From a virus, in IMG/VR virus record IMGVR_UViG_3300045988_150584: a stretch of 64,000 bases of DNA, one strand, 5' to 3'. Shown piece by piece: positions 1-8,738 of this stretch. Within the stretch, counting starts at the first letter, position 1. Every line of letters begins with the position of its first letter. The translations under genes were made by a program, and so were the position numbers. The notes below the pieces were generated by a model, which searched no databases, was not told where the DNA came from, and saw nothing but the letters and a program-made list of their open reading frames with translations.

Positions 1-1
1 A

Positions 2-580
2 AAAGAGCGCTTGTCTACTTACTATGTAGCCCACTTCAAGGAGAATGTTTTTTCAAAAGCCCCAAACTCCAAGATCTATATGAACTATTTTCAGCAAGGC
101 TTTCATTATCTTGATGACTTTTCATTTCCGTCGAGAAGTATTATTGGCGTAGAAGAAAAGGTTGATTTTATGTTTGCTGGCAGAAAATTTACCGGATTCG
201 TTGATCTCATTAGCGAAAATGGGAAACTGATTGTGACAGACCACAAATCAAGAACTTTGAAGCCTCGCTCAAAGCGTTCAAAGCCAACAAAGCATGATGC
301 GGAATTAGACGAATATCTACGCCAGCTATATGTCTATTCCGCAGCAATCAAAGGAAAATATGGTCGCTACCCAGATATATTAGAGTTTAATTGTTTCCGC
401 TCTCAAGCCATGATTCAAGAACCATTCGAGTCAAAAAGGCTTTATACGGTTGAGGATTGGGCGAGTAAAACAATAGATTCCATTGCCACCAACGATAAGT
501 GGAGCGCAAAGCCAGATTATTGGAGGTGTAATTATCTATGCGATGTTTGTGACCATTGCGAATATAAAGGATTGATTTGA
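2..580 (+). CDS. PD-(D/E)XK Cas4/RecB-like exonuclease (5' end outside window)
   Basis: The frame is open to the window edge. Core VDLIS...VTDHKS (D..D-x-K), QLYVYS (QxxxY) and terminal Cys cluster CNYLCDVCDHC, as in Cas4-type Fe-S nucleases. Confidence 0.55.
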   Translation, partial: KERLSTYYVAHFKENVFSKAPNSKIYMNYFQQGFHYLDDFSFPSRSIIGVEEKVDFMFAGRKFTGFVDLISENGKLIVTDHKSRTLKPRSKRSKPTKHDAELDEYLRQLYVYSAAIKGKYGRYPDILEFNCFRSQAMIQEPFESKRLYTVEDWASKTIDSIATNDKWSAKPDYWRCNYLCDVCDHCEYKGLI

Positions 581-673
581 TAGGGGTGATTCGCGCTGCA
601 AATTGATCGTGATGTAATTCTTGAAGCGAAAGAAAAACTTGGTGATGAAAACGCCAGAATTATCGCTCAGGAA

Positions 674-2542
674 TTGGATATTCAAGATTTCGATGAGCAG
701 AATTTACGGTGCTGCTGCCCATTTCACCAAGAGGATCACGCATCGTTCATATACAACCGAAAAACCTTCTCATTTCATTGCTTTGGTGCGTGTGCAAGAA
801 ATTACGATATCCTTGATGTGTTTATTTACAAGGGTATGACTTACCTTCAGGCTTGCCAAAAGCTGTTTGAACTGGCTGGCATCAGATACAGCTTTGGTGA
901 GCTTGGGGTTCACACCAAGCATCAGTACAAGTATCCGAAAGAAGTACCGATTGGAGATAAGTCGAAAATCTACGGATATTTCAAAAAGCGCTGCATTAGC
1001 CCAAGTACATTGGACTATGCAGATGTGCGACAGGATGAAGAAGGAAATATTGTTTGGAACTATTACGACACCAACGATGTTCTGACAATGGTTAAGTATC
1101 GCCCCTCTCGCAAGGTGCGTAAAGGCGAAAACAAATGTTGGTGTCAAAAAGGCGCTGATACATGCAATCTACTGTTCAATATGAACCGTGTAAATGTCAA
1201 TTCTCCGTTGCTGATCTGCGAAGGAGAACCTGATTGCTTGTCTGCTATTGAGGCTGGGTTTAGCAATGCCGTTTCTGTCCCGCTTGGAAGCACAAACTTT
1301 CACTGGATTGAAGAAAATTGGGATTGGTTGGAACAATTTGATAACATCATTATCTGTTCCGACAATGACGAGGCCGGCTATAAGATGCAGAAAGAGGTTG
1401 TGTATCGGCTTGGAAGCTGGAGAACACGGGTTGTTGAAGTACCGCAGATTTTTGAAACCGATGACGGTCGAAAATTTCCAGTAAACGATTTGAACGAAGC
1501 TCTTTATTATTTTGGTAAAGAGCGAGTGCTTGATTTAATCTTAAATGCTAAGGATAGTCCTGTCCCTGGTGTAATTGACTTCTCTGACATTCAGGATATT
1601 GATATTGACCAGATTGACGGCATCCGTACAGGAATTAAGACGCTTGATCGGTATTTGATGAAGATTTTCCTTGGTACATTGAATATCATCACCGGTATTA
1701 ACGGTGCTGGTAAAAGCTCGTTCATCAATCAGCTCATTATTCAGTCGTTAGAGGAAGAGAAAAATGTCTTTTTGTTCTCTGGTGAGCTTCCTAACTTTCA
1801 AACTAAGAATTGGCTTAATTCTGTGATTGCAGGTCAACGATATATCGACGAAAAGCATTCCGGAGAAGCCGTTTATTATAAGGTTCGTCCAGAAGCAAAG
1901 CGCTCCATTGATAATTTTTATCGTGGTCGGCTGCATATCTACGAAGATGGTCAGCCAAATACAAAAACTGCATTGATGACAACGATTGAAGATGCAGTTC
2001 GTAAGTATGGTGTAAAGCTTGTAATTCTGGATAACCTGACCGCAATCAATTTGGAATGCAGCGATGATAACAAATATAACAAACAAAGTGAATTTGTTAT
2101 GGAGCTTATTGCATTTGCAAAGAAGTTCAATGTTGCTATTGTGCTGGTTGTTCATCCTCATAAGATTGACACCATGCGCCGTCTTACAAAGATGGATGTC
2201 CAAGGTATTTCCGCAATCATTGATCTTGCTCATCGAATCATTAGCCTATACCGCGTACAGGAAAAAGACAAAAAGGGTGAGCCAAAGTTAAATGGCAGCG
2301 GTTGGAAAGTACCGCCAATTAAAGATGATGTCCTTATTGATATTCTTAAAGATCGAATGCTTGGTTACGAAGGTCGCAGTATTGGTGTGTTTTATGATAC
2401 GCCATCCAGACGATTTTTCCTAAATGAAGAAGACCTTGATAGAAAGTATTCATGGGACACAAAAACACACACAGGATCTTTGCCATATCCTCCGCCTCAA
2501 ATGATTGATGAGGAAGAAGAGGTGTTTGGTTCGGTTAGTTAG
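674..2542 (+). CDS. bifunctional DNA primase-helicase (T7 gp4-like)
   Basis: CHC2 zinc finger CCPFHQEDHASF...FHCFGAC; TOPRIM LICEGEPDCLS and CSDNDEAG; helicase Walker A GINGAGKSS and Walker B LVILDNL. The N-terminus probably extends upstream of 674 (see findings). Confidence 0.85.
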   Translation: MDIQDFDEQNLRCCCPFHQEDHASFIYNRKTFSFHCFGACARNYDILDVFIYKGMTYLQACQKLFELAGIRYSFGELGVHTKHQYKYPKEVPIGDKSKIYGYFKKRCISPSTLDYADVRQDEEGNIVWNYYDTNDVLTMVKYRPSRKVRKGENKCWCQKGADTCNLLFNMNRVNVNSPLLICEGEPDCLSAIEAGFSNAVSVPLGSTNFHWIEENWDWLEQFDNIIICSDNDEAGYKMQKEVVYRLGSWRTRVVEVPQIFETDDGRKFPVNDLNEALYYFGKERVLDLILNAKDSPVPGVIDFSDIQDIDIDQIDGIRTGIKTLDRYLMKIFLGTLNIITGINGAGKSSFINQLIIQSLEEEKNVFLFSGELPNFQTKNWLNSVIAGQRYIDEKHSGEAVYYKVRPEAKRSIDNFYRGRLHIYEDGQPNTKTALMTTIEDAVRKYGVKLVILDNLTAINLECSDDNKYNKQSEFVMELIAFAKKFNVAIVLVVHPHKIDTMRRLTKMDVQGISAIIDLAHRIISLYRVQEKDKKGEPKLNGSGWKVPPIKDDVLIDILKDRMLGYEGRSIGVFYDTPSRRFFLNEEDLDRKYSWDTKTHTGSLPYPPPQMIDEEEEVFGSVS

Positions 2543-2584
2543 GAGGTGTGAGCGATTTCGGGCAAAAATTATACCGCTTATCAT

Positions 2585-5500
2585 GTGCATACTGAATTAT
2601 CGCTGTTGGATAGCTGTACTAATTACAAGCTGTATGTCGATAAGGCTGTTGAGCTTGGACAGAAAGCCCTTGCTTTTACAGAGCATGGCAACATCTATCA
2701 GTGGGTAGAGAAAAAGATGTATTGCGATGCCAAAGGAATTAAGTATCTGCACGGCATTGAATGCTATCTTACGGAAACGCATGAGCCAAATCCTGAAACG
2801 GGATCAAAGGTTCGTGATAACTACCATACAATTCTGATTGCAAAAAACTATGCGGGTGTTCTTGAGTTGAATAAGCTTGTAAGTATTTCAACAACAGATT
2901 CTCACACCTACTACAAGCCGCGAATTTCATTTGATGAATTTCTTGGGACTTCAAAAAACATCATCAAAATCAGCGCTTGTCTTGCTTCTCCGCTGAATAA
3001 GCTCCCATTTTCTCATAAACGGTATATGGAGCTGGCGCGGCATTATGATTATTTTGAGATTCAGCCGCATGATTTCCAAGAACAAAAGGATTTCAATTTA
3101 CATCTTGCTCAGCTATCCAGAGAACTTGGCAAGCCGCTGATTGCCGGCACGGATACGCACAGCATTGATAAATACAAGGCTGAGTGCCGAAGTATTCTTC
3201 TTGCCGCAAAGCATATCGAATATAGCGATGAAGACAGTTTTGACTTGACTTATAAGAGTTATGATGAACTGGTTGAGATGTTCAGAAAACAAAACGCTCT
3301 TCCAGAAAGTCTATATCTTGAGGCAATCGAAAACACAAACCGTATGGCTGATTCTGTCGAAAGTTTTGATTTGGACTTATCTTTTAAGTATCCAAAGCTT
3401 TATGGCAGCAGAGACAAGGAAGTATTTGTAGAGCGAATTAAGAGCGGGCTTGAAACCAAGCTTTTGTCTGGCGCTATTTCAAAAGAGCAGCTTCCTAACT
3501 TCAAGTCGGCTATTGCTGAAGAATGCCGAGTGTTTGACAAAATCGACATGTCAGGATTCATGCTGTTTATGTCAGAGCTTGTTACATGGTGCAAGTCAAA
3601 CGGCATTCCTGTTGGGTTCAACCGTGGCTCATGTGGCGGATCTCGTGTGGCCTACGTTACCGATATTACAGACTTAAATCCAGAGACCTGGCATACAGTA
3701 TTCTCTCGTTTCTGTAATGAAGATCGTAAGGAAATCGGTGATATTGATATCGACGTCTCCCCGTCTGACAGAGACCGAGTGTATGAGTACATTATCAATC
3801 GTTTTGGGCAGGATAAAACCGCGTTTATTCTTGCTGTTGGCACGATTAAGTCCAAGGGTTGTATTGATGAGATTTGCCGTGCGCTTGGTGTTCGGTGGAA
3901 CAAAGAGCATCAACACGACTTGAAAGACCTGAAAGCGGTACTTAAATCACTGAAAGATCTAAATGTCGAAATTCTATTTGGTGATGCAAGAGATGGTAAT
4001 GTGACCTATTACTTCGATAAGGAGAATGGGAATCAGCTTATTTTCCAGAGCAGATTAAGTAATACGCCAAGATCGGAGTTAATCAAGTATTACACCAAGG
4101 AATACGACAAGCTCAAAGCAGAAAACGAAAAGATTTTTGAAAAGAATCCGTGGACTGGAAAAATCAACAGCGTTATTAAGCAGGAGTTTGAAGCAGATCA
4201 GGAGGCGGCGAGAAAAAAGTATTCTGAGGTGTTTTACTACTACGATGGTCTTCTCGATACTGCAATCTCTCAGTCGATGCACCCAGCGGGCATTGTAGCG
4301 AGTCCAATCACTTTGGCGGATCATTATGGCACATTTGAAGATGCAGATGGGCATGTGTTACTTCAGATTGATATGGAGTGTGTGCATGAGGTAAGCCTTG
4401 TTAAATACGATATTCTTGGTTTGAAGAATATTGAGATTATCAAGGATGCGTATGACTTAATTGGACTTCCGTATCCAAAGTCGCATGAGATTAACTGGTC
4501 TGATGAAGCCGTATGGAAAGATATGCTTCGCTCGCCTGTTGGGGTGTTCCAGTTTGAAGGAGATTTCGCACATTCCATGTTGAGGCAGTATGTTCCTCAT
4601 AGCATCTTTGACATGTCGTTGATTACTGCAGCATTAAGACCGTCCGGTGCTTCTTATCGTGATGATTTGATGCAACATAAGCCGCACAAGAATCCGTCAG
4701 CAATTATCGACGATCTTCTGAAAGACAATAACGGATATTTGATCTATCAGGAGGATGTTATTAAGTTCTTGCAACAGATTTGCGGCTTTTCTGGTTCTGA
4801 CGCAGATAACACGCGCCGTGCTATTGGTCGTAAGGATGAAGAGCGTTTGAAAAAAGCGCTTCCTCAGATTCTTGAGGGATATTGTGAAAAGTCAACGCAG
4901 CCGCGTAACATTGCGGAGCAGGAAGCAAAAGAGTTCCTACAAATTATCGAAGACGCTTCCAGCTATATGTTCGGTTATAATCATTCAATCGGTTATTGTA
5001 TGATTGGCTATTTGTGTGCCTATCTCCGTTATTATTATCCGTTTGAGTTCATCACTGCATATTTGAACAATGCAAATAACGAGGATGATATTAAAAACGG
5101 AAGCGCACTTGCCGAACTGTATGGAATTCAGATTGTTCCTCCGAGGTTTGGCTTGTCAAAAGACAAGTATCTGTTTGATAAGAAGTCTCAGGTAATTGCT
5201 AAGGGCATTGAGTCTATCAAATACATGAACAGCACTGTGGCGAATGAGTTGTACGAAATCTCTCAAAAGCATAAGCCAAATACTTTCATGGAGCTGCTGT
5301 GTCTAATGGCGGTTGAAAGCTCGTTAGATACGAGACAAAGAGATATCCTTATCAAGATTGACTACTTTAGAGATTTTGGTAATATCCCAGAGCTAAGCAG
5401 AATCGTCAGTTTCTTCTCATTCTTCAAAAATGGCACAGCAAAGCGAGTTCAGAAAGATAAGCTGAGCGATGAAATGATTAAGCTGGTTTCTCAGTATGGC

Positions 5501-5923
5501 ACAGATAAAAACAAAGACGGAACATCTGGTAAATCATTTGTGATTACAGATATTGGCGGTTTGCTTGTAGCCTGTGAGAAAGCTGTAAAATCACTGAATC
5601 TCCCCGATGTTGATTTGAAAAATAAGATTCAGACGCAGCTTGAGCTTATGGGGTATATTGATCTGACAACAAAAAAGCCAGAAGATCGCCGTAAGCTTCT
5701 GATTACGGATGTGTTTCCCTTTGTAAGCAAAAAGGATAATAACATCTGGGGATATGCAGTTCAAACAAGGTCAATCGGTAGTGGCAAGGCTGCGCGGCTT
5801 ACTATTCGTAGCTACCGATATAAAAAGAATCCTATTAAGAGATTCGATATTATTCAGGCAAAAGAGTTAGGAAAAAACAAGAGTGGGTATTGGTATTTGC
5901 TCGATTACGAACTAATTGCCTAA
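2585..5923 (+). CDS. dnaE: DNA polymerase III alpha subunit (DnaE family, PHP domain)
   Basis: PHP motifs (H)VHTELSLLDS and FTEHGN; palm motifs GFNRGSCGGSRVAYVTDIT and GDIDIDVS; 1112 aa. The true start is probably upstream (see findings). Confidence 0.9.
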   Translation: MHTELSLLDSCTNYKLYVDKAVELGQKALAFTEHGNIYQWVEKKMYCDAKGIKYLHGIECYLTETHEPNPETGSKVRDNYHTILIAKNYAGVLELNKLVSISTTDSHTYYKPRISFDEFLGTSKNIIKISACLASPLNKLPFSHKRYMELARHYDYFEIQPHDFQEQKDFNLHLAQLSRELGKPLIAGTDTHSIDKYKAECRSILLAAKHIEYSDEDSFDLTYKSYDELVEMFRKQNALPESLYLEAIENTNRMADSVESFDLDLSFKYPKLYGSRDKEVFVERIKSGLETKLLSGAISKEQLPNFKSAIAEECRVFDKIDMSGFMLFMSELVTWCKSNGIPVGFNRGSCGGSRVAYVTDITDLNPETWHTVFSRFCNEDRKEIGDIDIDVSPSDRDRVYEYIINRFGQDKTAFILAVGTIKSKGCIDEICRALGVRWNKEHQHDLKDLKAVLKSLKDLNVEILFGDARDGNVTYYFDKENGNQLIFQSRLSNTPRSELIKYYTKEYDKLKAENEKIFEKNPWTGKINSVIKQEFEADQEAARKKYSEVFYYYDGLLDTAISQSMHPAGIVASPITLADHYGTFEDADGHVLLQIDMECVHEVSLVKYDILGLKNIEIIKDAYDLIGLPYPKSHEINWSDEAVWKDMLRSPVGVFQFEGDFAHSMLRQYVPHSIFDMSLITAALRPSGASYRDDLMQHKPHKNPSAIIDDLLKDNNGYLIYQEDVIKFLQQICGFSGSDADNTRRAIGRKDEERLKKALPQILEGYCEKSTQPRNIAEQEAKEFLQIIEDASSYMFGYNHSIGYCMIGYLCAYLRYYYPFEFITAYLNNANNEDDIKNGSALAELYGIQIVPPRFGLSKDKYLFDKKSQVIAKGIESIKYMNSTVANELYEISQKHKPNTFMELLCLMAVESSLDTRQRDILIKIDYFRDFGNIPELSRIVSFFSFFKNGTAKRVQKDKLSDEMIKLVSQYGTDKNKDGTSGKSFVITDIGGLLVACEKAVKSLNLPDVDLKNKIQTQLELMGYIDLTTKKPEDRRKLLITDVFPFVSKKDNNIWGYAVQTRSIGSGKAARLTIRSYRYKKNPIKRFDIIQAKELGKNKSGYWYLLDYELIA

Positions 5924-5944
5924 ACAAGAAAGGACGTAACGAAC

Positions 5945-6631
5945 ATGTGTGGTAAACACTTAGCAAAACGCAAAAAAAATCACGCACCGCTGGTTGCTGT
6001 ACTTGCAATCTGCGCTATCGTGGCTGTTGTTATTACAGAAGTGATAAGCTGTTCTCAGGACGCAAAGGCGTATGAGTTTTATGATTCGTACAGTTATCCA
6101 GTGACTACATCATATGTAACTCCGTCGAAAGAAATTGTTGTAGACAACACGGAAGAATTTGATGTTAAAGCTGAGGACATTGAGTATGTCGATGTTGAAT
6201 TTGCAGATTTGGTTATAAGCGAACCAGAACCAGTTGTCGAATCAGAGCCGCAGTATTCGGAAGAAGATCTTGATTTACTTGCGAGGTTGATGACGGCAGA
6301 AATGGGAAGCGAATGGGTTTCGGATGAGGTGCAGTTATATGTCGGCAGCGTACCACTTAACAGAATGAAGAGCGATGCTTTTCCAGGTGAGACATTATAC
6401 GATGTGATTTATCAAGAAGGTCAATACTCCCCGACTTGGACTGGCGCAATTAACAACACACCAGATGAACGCACGATTGAAAATGCCAAGAAACTTCTAA
6501 CAGAAGGTAGCGTTTTGCCAGAAAATGTTGTGTTCCAAGCGAATTTTAAGCAAGGCGATGGTGTTTACTATGAATACTATGATGAGATCCTTGGCACAAC
6601 CACTTATTTTTGCTACTTAGGAAATAGTTAA
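5945..6631 (+). CDS. membrane-anchored SleB/CwlJ-type cell wall hydrolase
   Basis: N-terminal TM helix LVAVLAICAIVAVVITEVI. C-terminal Hydrolase_2-like region LLARLMTAEMG...VGSVPLNRMKSDAFPGETLYDVIYQEGQYSP. Confidence 0.7.
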   Translation: MCGKHLAKRKKNHAPLVAVLAICAIVAVVITEVISCSQDAKAYEFYDSYSYPVTTSYVTPSKEIVVDNTEEFDVKAEDIEYVDVEFADLVISEPEPVVESEPQYSEEDLDLLARLMTAEMGSEWVSDEVQLYVGSVPLNRMKSDAFPGETLYDVIYQEGQYSPTWTGAINNTPDERTIENAKKLLTEGSVLPENVVFQANFKQGDGVYYEYYDEILGTTTYFCYLGNS

Positions 6632-6650
6632 ACAATCGGAGGAATGAAGA

Positions 6651-7655
6651 TTGAAGATTGTAAAACCAAATGCTGAACTTATGTTTGCCCCCAATAATGA
6701 TCTTTTTGCATTAAAGCACTTAGAGTCAGTCGGGAGAACATGCTATAAGAGCGAAAACAATATTACCGATGATTCGTGTATCAATTTTGTTTCCGGAATT
6801 ATTAAGCGTGGACATGAAGCCGTTATTGAACACTATTCTTTCATCTATGAGCTGAATGATGTGAGCTTGGACAGTCTTGAGTTTTTAATTAAAAATCTGT
6901 CTGATAATGGATTCAATAGTTACCTTCGTATTACATACGATAAGCGTCCGGTTGTTTCTGGAAATGTGAGAGCATGGAGAGAACTTTTCAAGTGGGCGAC
7001 AAAGCTTGGATACCGTATTCCTGGATATATGAAGTCATTTGTATATGCGTATCCTTTGTTTTTCCCAGAATACAAAGACTCGTTGTTTTCAACAGAGGTA
7101 GATGAAGATTATGTGTTTACACCATTGAGTGTAGCTGGTTTGCATGGCGATATCGAGCTGCTGACGCATGTTGATATCACAGCTCGTCTTACAAACGACC
7201 GTGGCGTGTCTCACGAGGAAGTCCGCCATCGCCCAGCGAGTTTTGCGCAGGAAAGTACACGATACTGCAACTATTCTAAGGACAAATTTGACAATACGAT
7301 TTCCTATATTGATCTTTTTGGCGGTATGGAGCTTGATAACAAGGTCAAAGGAATGTCTGCAAATGAAAAATCTGCAATTTATGATGAATGGGTATCGGCC
7401 TGTGAAGATGCAGAGCGTCACTACTTCAAAATGCTTGAGCTTGGGGCAACTCCGCAGATTGCTCGTTCCGTGCTAAATAACTCTACAAAAACAGAAATTT
7501 GCATTACGATGAATCTTGCTGAATGGAGGCACTTCTTTACCTTGCGACTCTCACCGGCAGCGCATCCGCAAATGCGTGAAGTAGCGTCTATGCTACTTGA
7601 TCGGTTTGATACGGAATTTCCTCAGTATCATAAATATGTTGGGGTGAGCGAATGA
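6651..7655 (+). CDS. thyX: flavin-dependent thymidylate synthase ThyX (long form)
   Basis: ThyX signature RHRPASFAQESTRY plus GHEAVIEH. TTG start 9 nt after GGAGG. Confidence 0.85.
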   Translation: MKIVKPNAELMFAPNNDLFALKHLESVGRTCYKSENNITDDSCINFVSGIIKRGHEAVIEHYSFIYELNDVSLDSLEFLIKNLSDNGFNSYLRITYDKRPVVSGNVRAWRELFKWATKLGYRIPGYMKSFVYAYPLFFPEYKDSLFSTEVDEDYVFTPLSVAGLHGDIELLTHVDITARLTNDRGVSHEEVRHRPASFAQESTRYCNYSKDKFDNTISYIDLFGGMELDNKVKGMSANEKSAIYDEWVSACEDAERHYFKMLELGATPQIARSVLNNSTKTEICITMNLAEWRHFFTLRLSPAAHPQMREVASMLLDRFDTEFPQYHKYVGVSE

Positions 7656-8182
7656 AAGTGATTTGTATTTCTGGTAAAGCGCAACACGGGAAAGATACAT
7701 CTGCAAATTTACTTCGTGAGGAATTAGTTAATCAATGTCAAAGCGTCCTTGTAACGCACTATGCCGATTTGCTGAAGTACATCTGCCGTAATTTCTTTGA
7801 TTGGGACGGAAAGAAAGACGATGCTGGTCGCAAGCTTTTACAGTATGTTGGGACGGATGTGGTTCGTCAGAAGCGTCCGGATTTCTGGGTGAGTTTTCTC
7901 GTCAATGTACTCGATCTGTTTCCAGATGAATGGGATTATGTTTTAATTCCGGATTGTCGTTTCCCAAACGAAATTGAGGCTATGAGAAACGCTGGCTTTG
8001 ATGTAACGCATTTACGAATTGTGCGACCAAATTTTAATAGTCCACTCACAGTGGAGCAACAGCAGCATCCGTCAGAAACAGCGCTTGATAGCTACCATGC
8101 AGATTATGTGATTTGCAACGATGGTACAATCTCAGATCTAAAACGCAAACTATCAAATTGGCTTGGAGGTGAACAGCATTAA
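7652..8182 (+). CDS. P-loop deoxynucleoside monophosphate kinase-like protein
   Basis: Walker A GKAQHGKDT. Size and position in the nucleotide-metabolism cluster. ATGA overlap with the thyX stop. Confidence 0.55.
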   Translation: MKVICISGKAQHGKDTSANLLREELVNQCQSVLVTHYADLLKYICRNFFDWDGKKDDAGRKLLQYVGTDVVRQKRPDFWVSFLVNVLDLFPDEWDYVLIPDCRFPNEIEAMRNAGFDVTHLRIVRPNFNSPLTVEQQQHPSETALDSYHADYVICNDGTISDLKRKLSNWLGGEQH

Positions 8183-8738
8183 GCGTTTGACAATTCTTAT
8201 TGATATGGACGATGTGTTAGAAAACCTTGTTGAATGTTGGGTTGCTGCGCTGAACCGAAAACACGGAACTACGGTTAAGCCAGAAGATATCACAAACTGG
8301 CTGATCGGTGAATTCTTCCCGTCTCTTACAAAAGAAGAACTGTTTGCCCCTTTGAATGATCCAGCATTCTGGGGAAATCTTTCTCCTATGCCGTTCGCAC
8401 AGGATGTTATTTGCCGGCTGATTGACGATGGACATTTGGTTCGGGTTGTAACTTCGTCTTACTACAACACCGTTCCGCCAAAGATGACTTGGCTATTTAA
8501 GCATTATCCGTACCTATGTTGGAAAGATGTCATTATTGCACATGACAAGAAACTTATTAACGGTGACGTTCTGATTGATGACGGCGTTCACAATCTCGAA
8601 AACGCAAAATACAAAAAGCTTCTTTTTGATCAGCCGCACAACAGAAGCTATAACGCAGAAGAAAATGGCATGATTCGTGTTCACGATTGGAACGAGATTT
8701 ACCGTGCTATTTGCGAAATCGCAGGAGGCGAAGAATGA
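8163..8738 (+). CDS. HAD-family 5'(3')-deoxyribonucleotidase (NT5C-like)
   Basis: HAD motif I ILIDMDDVL and a later IDD motif. The start codon is ambiguous (TTG 8163, ATT 8178 or TTG 8187). Confidence 0.7.
   Translation: MEVNSIKRLTILIDMDDVLENLVECWVAALNRKHGTTVKPEDITNWLIGEFFPSLTKEELFAPLNDPAFWGNLSPMPFAQDVICRLIDDGHLVRVVTSSYYNTVPPKMTWLFKHYPYLCWKDVIIAHDKKLINGDVLIDDGVHNLENAKYKKLLFDQPHNRSYNAEENGMIRVHDWNEIYRAICEIAGGEE

Noticed and set aside
621-839. 72-aa ORF overlapping the primase start region
   Set aside because: It is out of frame with clear primase zinc-finger coding sequence and has an implausible composition.
8687-8734. Extended N-termini offered by the ORF track (for example nrdD from 8687; also 12946, 13187, 15759, 16079, 16257, 19998, 20239, 42620, 51055 and 58502)
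   Set aside because: In each case an internal ATG/GTG with a proper AGGAGG-type SD coincides with the upstream gene's stop and with the start of recognisable homology.
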